Below, piece after piece: positions 13,750-27,704 of a DNA stretch of 64,000 nt. The position numbers were made by a program, and so were the translations under genes. The stretch's first letter is position 1. Each line of letters opens with the position of its first letter. The stretch is from Camelus dromedarius. Lineage: Eukaryota. The stretch spans positions 7,750,001 to 7,814,000 of the forward strand of contig NC_087437.1 of assembly GCF_036321535.1 (NCBI RefSeq). Reading direction: 5' to 3'. The notes beneath the pieces are model-generated. The model had not been told where the DNA came from. It made no database searches and saw only the letters and a list, made by a program, of their open reading frames with translations.

Positions 13750-14265
13750 CATAGGAGGCCCTCACGGTCTGGGCTCTGTACCTCTGTCCTTTGATCCATC
13801 ACCACCTGCTCCTCCTTTCTGTGGCTTCAGCCACACCAGACCACTTGCAGCTCCTCAGCTGTGTCATTCCTCACATCCTTTGTGTTTTCATATCCTCTGT
13901 CTTTTCTACTCTGAGGAAAAAAAAAATGGCAAGACATCTGCTTAGCTCCTCTTAACCCAAAATACACTTCATATTCTTGACATACCGTCTTTGACCTCTT
14001 CTGCAAAGCCTTCCTTTTACGTCGTCTGCACCTGCCACCCTGAGTCCAGGTTAGAGTGCCCTCATGCACTGTTTAAGTGGTTCTTCTTGCCCTCTCTTCC
14101 ACTATATTCCACAGCTGTCTCTCCCTCTCCCCCCCCCCCACACATATACCATAAGTAAACTGTGAGCTCCCGGAGGATATGGACTGGGTAGCATGTTTAT
14201 ATCTCTAGTTCCTCCAACTTTTACAGTACCCTGACCCATAGTAGGCAGTAAACTAGTGTTTACCT
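13750..14265 (+). mobile_element. L2 3' relic
   Basis: cttcagccacaccagacc...ctgtgagctcccggagg...acagtaccctgacccatagtaggca. Confidence 0.65.
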
Positions 14266-15131
14266 ACTTTTATGGTTCATAAAAACAAAATATGAAATGG
14301 TGCTCATTGCACTGAACAACAGCCTTGTTTCCAAAAGCAGGCCTACATGGCTTCCTTCATATGGTCCCACAGGTGACTGTTTTTATTTTTAAACTGTATA
14401 GCCCACTTTGGAGTTACTAATCCTCAGCAAGTCAGTACCATTCAGCAAACAGCAGGTAGCTTGGGAAATTGCACGGATTTTGGCGCCCTGCTCAGCCCCT
14501 TGTAAATACACCAAGAGCTTGTCATGACCCTTCAAATGGTGCCCTTGACTGAGTGTGGGAGAAACCCAGAAATTCTAAAAGCTATGTGTTTGGATGTCAT
14601 CTGTCTTTGGCTGAAACCCTAGAAGGGAGACCCAGGGACATGCAGAGAAGCAAGGAGAGGCAATAGCCTCAACTCAGTTGGACATACTGACCACCAGAAG
14701 ATTTAAACTGCTCTCTGTCAACTAACTAATAAGAACTATTTAAAGACAGGCTCGAAATAAACCTCACACCATGATTTGAGTGAGGAAATGGGTACTGAAA
14801 AAAACTGAAGGCATTCTCTGTATTTGAGAAGCTTATACAGTAATTTGGGGAAATTTGCGTCCATGTGAAAAACTCTTAGCAGATAGTCAAAGAGCAGTGG
14901 CAGCCTTGCTCCTGACTGTGTAGGATGATTCCATGACTGCGGGAAGACACCTGTGGTGTATTTTGAAATAGATGTGGAACTGGGCCTTATTGGCTATGGG
15001 ATGTGCAGGTGTGACCAGAGAAGATAAGTTGATGGGAAACTGGGAGCAACCTTGAGGGCTGAACATGAGGAGTGAGGATGACAGTAAACCAAGGTGGCAA
15101 CAAGAAGTAAGCTATGCTTGTGGTTATTCAC

Positions 15132-15672
15132 TGCAAAGAAACAAAACTTGCCACCCCAATGAGTGTCTCTTTGGCGTGTGGAAGAAACAGAAGACTCAGG
15201 AAGGTTTTCTTTTCACCTCCCCCTTAACTGCCTTAAAGAATTTGGATAGAGGACCTGTTTCCAGGAAAGAGAACAATCACCAGAGATATCTGTGACATAA
15301 TATGAATGAGGTGTTGTAGACAGAAAGGAGCCAAGCAAAGTCTGTCTGTTAAAATTCCTCTCTGTGTCCCATTGTTTCTGCATGGCCCAGCAAACATGTT
15401 TACCAAACGTTTGCTCTTTTTTCATCTTCCTGTGAATTGGCTTCCTTCCCTTTAAAGTCCCAGACCTGCCCCCTTTGCTTTAGTCCAGAATGATATATAT
15501 GCCTCATTTTGTCCGACAGTCTTTGGACTCTGCCATGTTTATACAGATTCCCTGTGTGTATGTATGTAATTCCATTTGGTTTTCTCCCATCGATCTGTCT
15601 TATGTCATTTTAACTATTCAACCAGCCAAAAGAACCAAGAAGGGAAAAGGAAAACTTCCCCCTTCTTGATAC
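15132..15672 (+). mobile_element. ERV1 solo LTR, MER34-like
   Basis: 5' tgccaccccaa...tctctttggc and 3' atctgtcttatgtcattttaactattcaaccagccaaaagaacc resemble the MER34A termini. Confidence 0.7.
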
Positions 15673-16529
15673 CACCCATTCATAAGTCTGCCTAAGCCTA
15701 GCTTTCCAAGCAAAATGAAATTTACTGCGAGGATGCAGTGTTTGAAGAGAGCCAGCAGGAGTAGGGTCACTGGGTAAAGATCCTACTCTTAGAAGCAGAG
15801 TTGAGCGTGAAGACACCAGATTCCTGGTGTTTGGTGTATCGTAGCTGTTCAGTGAATTCATGTGGAACGTTTGAAAGTGAGCATGACTGGAAATTGACTA
15901 TGATAGGAAAGAAGCCAAGTGAAGGCTGCGATTCACTTGGGCTGACCCCCGTATTAGTCTGCATAAAACAGATGGTCTCACTAAGAAAAAAGAAAGAGAA
16001 TTGTGATTTTTTAAATTGCTGGTACTTCATTTCTGCAGCAAATATTAGAATATTTAAAGCATAGTTATTTCCATTATCTCCCTTTGAAACTTCGAACAAC
16101 CCTTTAAGAAGACTGAAGTTGCAAAGAGCTACTTCCTGTTTTTCCTGTCTCATGATATCTTAAAGGCTGGCCTTACATACTAGGATATAATTAAAAACAA
16201 AATTTTGATAGTAATACTTATCCAGGCTGTAGATAAAGAAACTGAACCTCAAGGAGGTTAAATCACTTTCAAAAGAAAGGAAATGCAAAGGGAAATGAGG
16301 AGTAAACATTTTGAACGATAGATTTAATTAAGATAAATATTTTTATGTTTTATTGTTTTATTTATTGATTGTAACAAGTCCTCAGAAGAGTCTTCCAGTC
16401 GCCTGTAACTTGTTTGTCAAATGATGCTCGTTAGCCGCCTTCTGACCAGATCTCTTTCCAAGCTCTCTGGATGTCTCCTGGGAACTTGATAGTCTAAGGA
16501 TGGTTGTAGCAATAAAATAACTTCTTCTA

Positions 16530-16628
16530 TTTATGGGGCATGCTTATACTAAAGGGTTTTTTATTCTTTATCTGAAACCCAAAGGTAACTGGCTGTCCTG
16601 TATTTAATTTGCTAAAGCTGGCAACCAT
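16530..16628. mobile_element. Half of a MER53-like hAT MITE
   Basis: cttatactaaa...tttatctgaaa...taactggctgtcctgtatt...tttgctaaagctggcaacc. Confidence 0.6.
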
Positions 16629-16940
16629 CCCCAGCAGGGGTGGCCTCAGTGGATCACATTAATGCCCTGGCAGTAAAGCAAGCACACCCAGCAGCCGCAG
16701 GAAGGGTCGGTGTTGAGATGAGGCTGACCATCCTTTGGCTAGGGATTGCAAAAGAAAAACTCTCTTAGGAGTACTGCCATCATTAGTAGAGGCTGGAGAA
16801 CTGGGTGAGTCTTTGCCCATAATGATAAAGGGTCATATTTTGATTGAACTGTCAAGACCAGCCACCAAAGCACTATTTCTTGGGGCTGGGAACTGTTAAG
16901 TTACTAAGGTAATGGAAGGAGAGAGCTGTGGGCTGTGCTT

Positions 16941-17390
16941 TGTGTATTAGTTAGATTTAACAAGATACTATAACGAGAGCTGCAACGATAACTCAGTGGC
17001 TTATGGGTTGTAGAAATGCAATGTCTCCCCTAATATCCTGCTGAGCTGAGCGTATTGAAGGCCAGCAGAGGGGTGTTGGGGGAGTGGTTCTCTTACATAG
17101 CCATTTAAGGACCGAGACCAGTTGTGGCTCTACCATCTTTAGTAAGTGGCTTCTAAGGTCCCTTCATTCTTTACTCTCCCAGAAAAACAGAAAAGCCAAG
17201 AACATGAAAAAGCTAATGTACACAATTTTATGGACAAAGTATAAAATTTGCACACAGCCATGCCATTTGCAAGAGCAGAGCCACATGACCACTCCAGTTG
17301 CCAAGGGGCCTGGGCGTGTTTTCCAGCTACAATTTGTATTAGTCTGGAAAAAGGGAAATAAGAATTTTAGTGAATGGCAGTATTTTGCAT
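16941..17390 (-). mobile_element. Old MaLR LTR (MLT1K-like)
   Basis: tgtattagttag...aactcagtggctta...gtggctctaccatctt...ccacatgaccac...caagggg. Confidence 0.55.
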
Positions 17391-19629
17391 TATATCCTAG
17401 AGTTGCATTGCAGGGCTTTTAGATTAGGGGAAGAAAGAAGAAAAGCAATGTACTATTTTTAATATTAGAGGCAATGACATACTATATGGGTGTCTCACCT
17501 TTTGGATGTAATTTTGGCTCTATATGAATGACTCCTTACTTCCTGAGTTCAGATCTTAATATCAAAATAATATGCAAATCTTCTACGTGCAAAATAAATA
17601 AATATGCTATTTCTTTACAGTCATTTATTAAAGAGAATTTTGCTGTTACATGTTTTGAATGCATTTCAAATCCTGTGTATTACAAAACACCAAGTCAGTT
17701 CTTCCCAAGTGGGGAGGCCTATTGATAAGCAAAGGTGATAATTTACATGCTCATTAAAGGTACCACATTAAGAAAAGTAGGAGGAAGAATAGTGAACAGC
17801 TAAGGAGAGTGAGATTTGGTCATATCAGCCCCTGTCTTAGACATCTCTATTAATATAATCCAAATGAATTCTTATCATCAGGAGATGAATTTTTATAACA
17901 GATTGAAAATCTGAGCTGACCAAAAACATGAGAAGTCTGATAACAATTGAAGGATACAGAACGCATGGCCAGTAACAGTCTGGAAGCAAGCTGAAAGCCG
18001 GTTACGTTTGAATTTCCCTACTAGCAAAGGATATGTTCCTGCTCCTGTTTAAATATGTGTTCAGAATAGCAGCAGTTCTGATGGACGTTCAGATGCTAAA
18101 TAAGCAAGGAGCATTAGCTTGGGTAATAGAATTCATCAAACCACTCAAAGTCAAGTAGCATACTAGTGACAGCCAAATACCACATTTGCATTACTCGGTT
18201 GAGTGATGTCTCAGAAAACAATGTCTTAGAGTAAAACCTTAGCCTTACAGTTTGTGGCGGTGTTCAGTCCTGAGTAACCTGAATTCTGTAGCCCCTTACT
18301 CTAGCCCCAATAAAGACACGTGGTTTTGTCAACATTGCTAGGAAAAAAAACAGCAGTAAAACCATCTCAGTATAATAAAGGTTAATTTGAGGACTAGATT
18401 ATTTTTAAGAAATGGATGTGTTTTTGTAAAATTCTGTTTAATTTTACACTAACAACCACTGCCCCATAAGTAGAAAATTAGTAGAAATAAGTAATTAAAA
18501 TAAGTAGAAAATGTAATAAGTAGGAAAACACGGGGCTGGTGGGTTTTGAGATTTATGTTTTTGTTCTCTCTGGATTATCACAGAGAAACGCTCGACACTG
18601 TTTTAACTATAGAAACAGATACAGGAGCAGTTTCTTCCCTTCTCTCCAGAGATACCACACAATAATTTTAAAGGATATACTTCATAAGCACGTTAAAAAA
18701 AATTTTTCAATGTGAAATATGAACAGATAAAATAACTGGAGACCCCACTTCTTTTAAGGCTTCAGCTCTGAGTGGCAGCCCCACTGTGCATTTCCAAACC
18801 ATAGACTACCCCCTTGGAGCTCATCTTCTGCCGTGACTTTGGGTTATAATCCAGGTGTGTCACGGCATTAACTGGCTCTGGAATCCCTCCTGCTCCACTC
18901 CAGTGCTGCTCCGTCTTGTTGGGTTCCAGTATGATTACGGGGATTTTTAATTCTCTTTGCCTTGTGTTTCCTTTCTTGGCTTTGGTGATCAAGCGACCGT
19001 GATGCATTTTTGGCCCTTAAAGGCCTGGTGATAGTGACTTCACCTGTCGTTGGGCTGCTTTCTCTAGTCAGACAGCCCAGAGGGAGAATTAATAAAACAG
19101 ACACGTATTCCTTTCCAACTTTCCCTTTGACTTCAGTGACCTGGAACGTAATAGGACTAGAGCAGATGACTACTCTGTGCCCCAACTTTGGCATTTTCGC
19201 CAGGGCCTGTTCACACGTTACTGAAACCAGATGGGACTGGCTTGGTGTTATTGATCTTTTTGTGATTTTACTTTTCACGATGACTAAAAATAAGCTGAAT
19301 TATAGAAACCACAAGTAGAAATGCAATTCCGGCATTACACAAATGGGATTTCTACTGAAGGCATTCCTAAAAATAACTGAAATCATAATGTGCTTAAGTG
19401 AGAATCTATTTTTCTCATAATCAAGCATGGTTCCATTATTTTAAATACTTCAGATTCAATATTTCTAATTTAAATATTTCTAATTTAAAAAATCCATTTA
19501 GTTTTTGTTTTTTTTTTTTTAGTGTAACACTTCAGCTTTGTGACTAATGAACTTATGCTTTAAAAACCAACTATATTAGTCACATTTTGAATGCTGTTGC
19601 GAGTCCTTAGTATAGCTTGGACACCTCTG

Positions 19630-20179
19630 TTTCTGGCTGTCCTGGAAAAGCTAATACGTAACAGATAGGCAAGCCATTGGAACAAAATTCAGAGATCAGA
19701 AACAGATCTACACATAGATGATCACCTGATTTATGACGAAAGTGTGACTGAAATGCTTTGGGCAAATAATAATGTTTTCTGAAATGGTGCTGACTTAACT
19801 GGATATCCACTGGTAAAATGTAAATCCTGGCTCCTGTATCATATGATACACAAAATTGATTGCAGATGGACTGTGGACAAAATGTGAAAGTTAAAAAATA
19901 AAACTCCTGGAAGACATCAGAGTACAATATCCTAGTTACCTTGGTACAGACATAAATTACTTAAACAGAACATAACTGAAGTTCCCAAGTTTGCAGGAAG
20001 ATATGGAACAACCTGAAATATCATACACTGTGTGTAGAAATGTAATTTAGTACAGTGTCTCTTGTTAAACTCCCTGCCAGCGGCTACTAACGTAAAATAT
20101 AGAATTACTTTATGACCCAGCAATTTGACTCATAGAATCAACAGACATACCTAAACCTATACAGGGAGAGGTACAGGTA

Positions 20180-20217
<38 letters not shown>

Positions 20218-20695
20218 ATAGATAGTTATTTCTAAGAGCATTAACTGTAATAGGCGAAATTAGAAACAACCCAAATCAAATTTTCAGCAATAATAAAAAT
20301 AAGAAGTCAATTTCTGTATCGTTATACAATAAAATACTATACAGTAATTAAAAAGAGCAAACATGGTATCATGATACCAAATTGATGAAAATCACATAAG
20401 CAATATCTGGTGGAGGAATTCATACACCAGAATGCACACTGTATGATTCCATTTACACAGAGTTCCCAACTAATTAAGCAGAATTACTCTGTGATGACTG
20501 GGACAACAATGACTTTGGGTGGGGGTGTTAATGACAGGACAGCATCATGAAGGCTTCTAATGTTCTGTCTCCCAAGCAATATTGTATCTGTATCCACGGT
20601 GGTGACAAAAATGGTCAGCTTTGGGAAAATTCATCAAGCCCGCCATTTAAGACCAGTGTGTTTCACAGTATACGTGTAATTCTTGAAATAAAACA
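19630..20695 (+). mobile_element. Ancient L1 (L1ME/MD-like) ORF2 3' part and 3' UTR, with deletions
   Basis: tggaacaaaattcagag...aaatggtgctga...actggatatccac; tatgacccagcaattt; ctgtatgattccatttac; gaaaattcatcaagc. Confidence 0.7.
20182..20214. repeat. (GT)n microsatellite
   Basis: About 16 perfect units. Confidence 0.95.
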
Positions 20696-20869
20696 TTTCT
20701 GAAATATGTCGAACAACTTATGTATATGGCAGCCTGTAGTCAAAATGCTTTATCTTTTTGTGACTTTAAAAATTACTTAAATTTCAAAACTCAGTTTATA
20801 GACATTACCAGAAGAATCCCTCTTCTAGGCTGGAAGGAGAGGAAGAATTATCATAAAAAGTGTTGTGGG

Positions 20870-21085
20870 GGTAGCATCCGGACAGACTCGAAGTGTGAAT
20901 TCCTGCTTCTCACTTCTAGTTGGCTAACCTGGGGCAAGTTAATTCTGAGTCTGTTACCTGTCACTACGTGAATGTAGAAGCCACTTCACAGTGACCATGT
21001 AGGGATCAAAATAGCAAATATATGCACAGTACTTAATCTCTATCACGTTAAAGTAGCAAGGCTTTAATAAATGTTACCTGATAAT
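20870..21085 (+). mobile_element. MIR relic
   Basis: cagactc...tgaattcctgcttctcacttctagttggctaacctggggcaagtt. Confidence 0.55.
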
Positions 21086-21099
21086 ATTTTCATTATTGG

Positions 21100-21264
21100 T
21101 TTTTTAATTTTATTGAATTATAGTCAGTTGACAATGTTGTGTCCGTTTCTGCTGTCCAGCACAATTTTTCAGTCATACATGAATATACACTTACTCATTT
21201 TCATATTCTTTTTCACCATGAGCTACTATAAGATCTTGTATGTATTTCCTTGTGCTGTGCAGTG
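21100..21264 (-). mobile_element. Truncated L1 3' end
   Basis: tattgaattatagtcagttgacaatgttgtgtc...cattttcatattctttttc; ttattggt on both sides. Confidence 0.8.
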
Positions 21265-21541
21265 TTATTGGTATTTTACTGTCATTTTAGCACCACTGTA
21301 TTATGTGTATCATGTCTATAAAGTAACAATAAAGGTAGTAGGATGAATAGGTTAGGCAGCCTGGGGTGACTCACTCACGGTCCCTGTTTCCCAGTTTCGA
21401 AGCCTGTAGATGGTAGCAGCACGACTGGAAATAACAGGAAAGGCAGCTAATGCCTGCTCAGTGCACAGCGGTTCGCAAGCCGGGAGCCTGGCTCCAGCTT
21501 CTCCCTGTGAGCCACTCAAGTTCTCTGGAGCCCTCGAGGGA

Positions 21542-21915
21542 TGTCCGTCAGGATGGGCTGGGGTTTGCTGTGGTCACGGGCCACCTCAGACTCGCGGTGG
21601 GATGGGACGCGAAGGTTCGTGTCGCCCTCAGGCCGTGCACCCAGTGTGGGTCAGCTGTGAGCCCTGCCCACTGCGGTCCCTCAGAAACCCAGGCTGACGT
21701 GCCACCTCACCACACCCTCAGGGCAGGGAGAGGAAGCGGTGAGGAGCTGCACACAGCTGTCCACGGTTTGCCCATCAGTGTTTCAGGCTCCTCCCCATCT
21801 CACAGTGTTAGCCAGAGCAAGTCACAGAGACGTGCTTCAGCTCTTCAAGTGGTGGCAAGTGGGATCATACCAGGAGGCAGAGACCCAGAAAGATCTGGTA
21901 AATAGCACCCGAACT
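21542..21915 (-). mobile_element. Old MaLR solo LTR (MLT1I/J-like), unusually GC-rich copy
   Basis: Starts tgtccgtcaggatgggctgggg-tttgctg; contains acccaggctgacg and gccagagcaagtcaca; ends ccagaaagatctggtaaatagcac. Confidence 0.65.
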
Positions 21916-23169
21916 ATCACCGATCCTAAGGATATTACTTTCCTCAAATATGAAAATGGACATGAAAGTCCTATTAAAATGTAAACACTTACGTAACTAG
22001 TAAAGCTCTTATGATTTAAAATGTTTCTAATGAGGATGTATATGTTGAATTTCACATTGGAGCAAACAGTAAACCTTGATATCGACACATTTTTTATTAT
22101 CTATCTTAGTCTTTATTAATTCGAAGTTTTGTTACTTGGATAACTAATATTTCATATGAAATTAATAGACTTTAATTATTAGTTTTTTTAATTTCACGAC
22201 TGGGTATTATAGATATGATAGTCCTTATATTTTCTCTTGCAGTTAAATTTGGAAATGTTACCACTTGATAACTGTAACTATAAACTGAATAAATACTCCA
22301 AAGGACCTTCTATAATTAAGCAGTGTATGCTTGAATCATGGTTTTCTAGTAGGTTTATGTTTCATCATTAAATTATTTTATAAAAAATGATCCACTAATT
22401 CCAAAGTTCAATATCTAATTTAGAGTTACAGAGCACCTGAAAAAGAGAGTAATTTATAGGGAACCCAAATTGGTAGTTTTTACACATACCAGTATGCTAT
22501 TATGTTATGTTATGTGGAGGTTTTTTGATACAATAACCTTATGACAATAAAGTGAAAGCCGTGTTCAAAGTCAGTAGAATGAAAACAGTTGACCATAGAC
22601 AGTAGGTGGGGGTTCTCACAAAGGTCTGCTGGGCACGTGTGCTGTCTCCTGGGGCCTACCAGCATCCTCACAGACGGGGCTTACTCGTGCACCGACAGGC
22701 AGAATGACATCAGATGATAAAATGAGAGTCACAGTCGCCATCAGGGGCATCCTTCTCTTGGGTGCCTTGTCGGTCTCTGGGTGCCAAGGACCCTGCACAG
22801 CAGGTCCTCAACTGCGACATTTTCATAGTACCTAAGGACGTTGCAAAGCTGTACAGTATAGCTATGCTGGAGGTCTTCCAAAAAGAAACAGAAGCAGTCA
22901 ATTGGAAGCAGTCCATACAAAAACCAATACTGGAGAATTTAAGTTAAAAGTTTATTTCAACTAATAGTAATGCAAGAGCATTTTTTTTTAAGATTCCCCA
23001 ACAATTTATTAAGGCTGCATTACTAAAGGAAAAATCCATTCTAAATGTATTACTAGAATCATTATACTACCATCCGATTGGCAGAATGTTTTAAGTGGGG
23101 TAACATCAAGTGTTGGTGAGACTGTGCATGAATGAGAATTCTGAGCACTGCTGGTGGGTACACCTATTT

Positions 23170-23392
23170 GCTACTGTCTTCCGCACCTGACAGGCTGCCG
23201 GGGATTGACTTCTGTCTTTCCTGGCAGAGAAGGGAGGAGGGACACTCTTGAGAATTTATGTCCTACTTTTAGGCAAATAGGAGGAGGGCAGGGAGCTTTT
23301 CTGGGTTTTGTTCCTTCTCAGTTGCCTTCAGCTCAAAACAGTTGTTATGCCAAAGTGGCATATTTGGGGATGGCCTATTCTGCTGTCTTTTC
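23170..23392 (-). mobile_element. MER34-family ERV1 LTR 5' fragment
   Basis: Reverse complement reads cagaataggccatccccaaatatgccactttggcataa...ttttgagctgaaggcaactgagaa. Confidence 0.7.
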
Positions 23393-23534
23393 AGTACCTT
23401 ACTTCCAAAAGGACAGTAATCAACTACATGAGTGGTTTTCTTTTCTTTATTGTGTTAAAGACTTGAAAATTTCTTTCCAAAATGAAAGTTGATGGGGCAG
23501 CTCTCTATGTAAAATGAATCAAAGTTCAGCCTGA

Positions 23535-23617
23535 AAAGAGAAAGGAAAGAAAGAGAGAGGGAGGGAGGGAAAAAGGAAGGAAGGAAGAGAAGAAAAAGAA
23601 AGGGAAGAAAGAAAGAG
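23535..23617. repeat. Polypurine (GA-rich) low-complexity tract
   Basis: About 80 nt of only A/G. Confidence 0.85.
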
Positions 23618-23689
23618 CCCAAACCCTATCTTTGAGGAGACTTTGCTGTGAAACCCACCAAACTGGGGAAGAGGGTCAGGATTGGGAAA

Positions 23690-24065
23690 GGAAGCCATAC
23701 CAGTAAGAGACAGTTGAAAGAAATGAAGATGGACAGACTTGGGCACTTGATGACTGATCTCCAATATTTGTAAGAAGGGCTTTTGGGTCAGAAAGGTGAA
23801 TATATTCTGTATTGCTGCTAAGGACAAAATTGGAACCAAGGAGAGGTAATTAGAAGGAGGAAAACATCTATTTGAGGAAAGTAGGAACTACCTAGTCAAG
23901 GACGCGTCAAACTGAGACAGCGCTCTCAAAAGGCAGAGGGCTCACCATTGCTGGAAGCATTCAGTGCCTGGTTGAGCCCATCCTTAGGAGGCATGATGTG
24001 GATGGTTCCTGCATTCACAGAAGTGTTAGGCTAGAAGGACTTCCCTTCTGGGTGGGTCCCTCTGA
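23690..24065 (+). mobile_element. L3/CR1 LINE 3' relic
   Basis: ctccaatatttgtaagaagggc...gagggctcaccattgctggaagcattcag...ggctagaagg resembles the L3 3' end. Confidence 0.55.
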
Positions 24066-27000
24066 TGTTGATGTTGGGGCTCAAAACTGATGTCAGAGTC
24101 CACCATCACTCGGGTACAAAACAGAGACCAGTGACGACATCAACCACCCCTTGTCCCACGCAGGTGCCTTCTTTCAGCCTTGTTTTCTTCTACAGGCAAT
24201 TTGCTCTTAAATACTGCTTCTCACTGCATCTGCCACCCTTTCTTTTCCATATATCTGTCGTTTAAGGTAAGCAAGAGGGACAAATGCTGACAAGATGAGC
24301 AAGGATTGAGTGGTATAAAAAATCTTGTCATATTAGGCATCAATTACAGTCATTCTGAGGATTGTTAGACCCTCAAGCCTCTTCATTAATCAACTCCCAG
24401 TTATTCATTCTTCCCACATCTTGCAACCTCAAATTTGCTGTGGCATCCAACTGTGTTCAGAGGAGTGTCTCATAAGCAATGGAAAAAGACAGGGTATCTT
24501 TAGAATATTTGTCGGCAGCTTGTTAAGTTGAATATCCCTCCACCCACGCTGTACTACATCGATTAATTTTTAAAGAAATGGCTAAATGAAGATACTAATT
24601 ATTTGCATTTGGTGCGTATGCTCTCATGCACACCATTATATTTTAATTTACCTTTTAACGAGTAAGCCAATATTATTTCAAAATTATTACCCATCTGGCA
24701 TGCATGCTGATAAAGAAAAGAAATCTACTAACTTCTGCCATATCAAATTTAACCTCTTTTTGTTACTTTCTAATTACATAAGTTCTCGAGGAAATCGAAC
24801 TGGAAAAACTGGACTTAATCTTGCTCTTTAGTTCTCAGATAACAACCATCCAGTGAGGGAGGAAAATGAAACACTTGTTTTTGGAGGTCTTAACAATACG
24901 AGAACAGAACATGTGCAGTTCTCTATGATTTGTCTTTATTTTAATCATGCTTATGTAAAACCTAAATACCGCAAGGGAGACTGATGATCCTGCGGAAGAA
25001 TTCAGTGTCATCTGAATCATCAGGTAACTCAATTATATTCTGCCTCATGTTGGTGGGGTATATTCTGATCCATCTTTTAAAAATTCTATAAACCACAGAG
25101 AGTATGGATGGTAGTTCTCTGATGCCCTGCTTGTTTACTCATTTCACAGGATACCAGCACTGTGTGCCACGAGAGACCGCTTACGCATATACACATACGT
25201 GAGGCATTAATGTTTCCAGGTGTTAAATTCTTACAAACTAATTCGTTACAGTGTGGAGAATATTTTTCCTGATTCAAACTGTGTGTGTATGTGTACTTAT
25301 GGACGTACCATTGTGCATGTTGATAGTAAGTGAATTTAACAATAAAAATTACAGAAATTTGAATGTTAGTGAACTTTCACGTATTTTTCAAGATAAAGTT
25401 GAAAAACGTTATGCTTTCTAGATGTCTCAAAATGAAAACCACACTGCCGCCTTTCAGGGAGGCTGTGGATTGCCTGGAGGGGACCACGTTCTCACTGCAG
25501 CACCTGAATGAGCGGCTGATTGAATTCACCAAAGATGTAAAACTTCATGGGAAGTGAGGCAGCCACAGGGTGTGGGGGCAGGGTGGCTGCAGCCTCTGCT
25601 GGTGAACCTCCACTTTGGCCCCACGGTTCTCTTACGAGGGACCCCGGGTCTGGAAGGTTCTTTTCTCTCTCATCATAATCTAATTTTATTCTGTTTCCCG
25701 CACTCGTAAGGAACTCGTGCCACCCATCTCTGCCTTCCATTTAAGGGAATACTTACGTGGCCATCACATCCTTCTCAGGGAAGTCTCCGTTGTCCCTGGA
25801 CAAATGCTTCCTCCTTGTATGTCCAGAAGCAAAGACACTTCTTCTCCCCACACTCAGTTCTGTGACCCTGATTTAATATCCCCTTACCTGTGTGCTGCTC
25901 ATACTGAACTGATCTAAGGGCTCCCGTTGGAAATGCATTTCCCTGCGCCGACCTATCGTTACTGCCTCTAAAATAATTTGAAAGCGCAGTAAAGCTTTAA
26001 GATAATGGAAAGAAAATGCAATTGAGAGTCAGAAGACGTCCTGTTTCTCTCCTGCTTACTGTCTTCATGACTTTAAACAATTTCCTTAAGTCTCCTGAGT
26101 CATTAGTAAAATGACAGTGATAGTACACCCGAGAGCGTTTCCATGGGAACCACACAAACTAGTGAACGTGAAAATGTTTTGTAAATCAATCAAAACAGTA
26201 GAACAGAACTATGTCTATTCTTATATGTATGACAAAAGTAATTTTTTAAAAAATAAGCTACCTAAAAATAATACTCATCACTCAAAAAACCTACAGCCTT
26301 TATAATGTACTGCAGTCCTAGAAATCTGAGAATATGACATATGTGTATCTAAGTTTTTCCCCGAAAATATTCAATTACTTCAAAAACATTTGTATCCGTA
26401 AATTTTAAAAGTAGCCTTTATTCTTTTGTGTTAACACTATTTGTGTGTAAAAGTCTTATCAGTACTTCTTTTTAAACTTAAAATAAGCATATCTTCTTTT
26501 CATCCAATTAACTGACAGATTACCTTTTTAAAACGTTTCTAAATTGATATTGTGTAATGGCTCATCCAAGAAAATACCTTTTCTATTCAGCAGCCTGCAC
26601 CCCTGTTTTATTCTTTAGTCAACCACATAGCTTTAAAAATGTTTGCTGTATCAGTCAACCAAAAACCAATCCTGTCATTCATTCCTCCGTTCGGGAGAGT
26701 GCCCTAGGTATGTGGGTGGTGGCAGTAGGTTTTCTGTAAAATTTGTGATAGAACCTAGTGACCAAGGAATTTATTCCTTCAATTTGATAATGACTTTATA
26801 GACTCTCTCAGCCTGTGTTTTAGGAACCAAAGCTCACTGAAGGGCTTGGTAAACAACTCTTTGGATTTCTCATTCCGAAGATGGAAACTTAAATTCCTAA
26901 CTTGAGCTTTCTTTTGAAAACCAGAAGGTTGCAATCTCTGCTTTATTTCAACAGCTGGTGGTCTAACCTGTTCAGTTGCTCTGCTAATGCACAAATGCAT

Positions 27001-27384
27001 GGGTTTAGAAGGTTAAAGAGAAACCGTAGTAACTTCAGGGCATTCTCCAGAGCTCCCAGCTCCCTCTTGGTGGCCACGGTTCAGGGACGCATGGGTCCTT
27101 TGCTGTGGTAGCATTTTTAGTCTGCAGTGGAAATCACCTTGGGATTGTTTGCATCCTTTGAGTGGCTTATTGACAAGCTTCATCCTTTCATATTCTCAAT
27201 ATTAATAATTGTGGAAGTATTGTAGTACTTTTATTTTTTGACAGAGTATGACTTTGAATAATGCCATTTTAATAAGTTAGATCATTTGCAATAGTCTAAT
27301 TAATGTTTTCTTATCGAGTCACCTGGAATTTGCTTCCAGATCTGAGGTGTGACTGATCTCTGTTAAGGCACCAAAACCCAAAGC

Positions 27385-27580
27385 ATGGAACTGGAACTTA
27401 AGAGACTTGGATCTGAGTCTAATCCTGTGCTTCAGTTTCGTCATCTGTGTGACCCTGCACAAATCGCTTGGCTTTTTTCTGCCTCAGTTTCCTCACCTGT
27501 AAGAGGGGCTAATAAATCTGCTTACCTCTTAACACTGTTGTAGGAAGTCTATGAGATTATGATTATAAAGGTCCTAGAAC
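27385..27580 (+). mobile_element. MIR relic
   Basis: ctgtgtgaccctgcacaaatc...ctgcctcagtttcctcacctgtaa core. Confidence 0.7.
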
Positions 27581-27704
27581 AGCACTCAGATCATACTAAG
27601 AATATATGTGTTATCTGTAGTAACGTAATAGTCACCCGCCTTGTCGTAATTCCTATATTATCTCACCTCACAAGGCTATCCTGAGGGCCAGATGACTTAA
27701 TAAA

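Noticed and set aside
16530..16628. MER53-derived miRNA hairpin (miR-1302 type)
   Set aside because: Only one arm of the palindromic element is present, so no long hairpin forms.
21410..21984. 151-aa and neighbouring ORFs
   Set aside because: They lie in the GC-shifted MaLR LTR and show no protein homology that I recognise.
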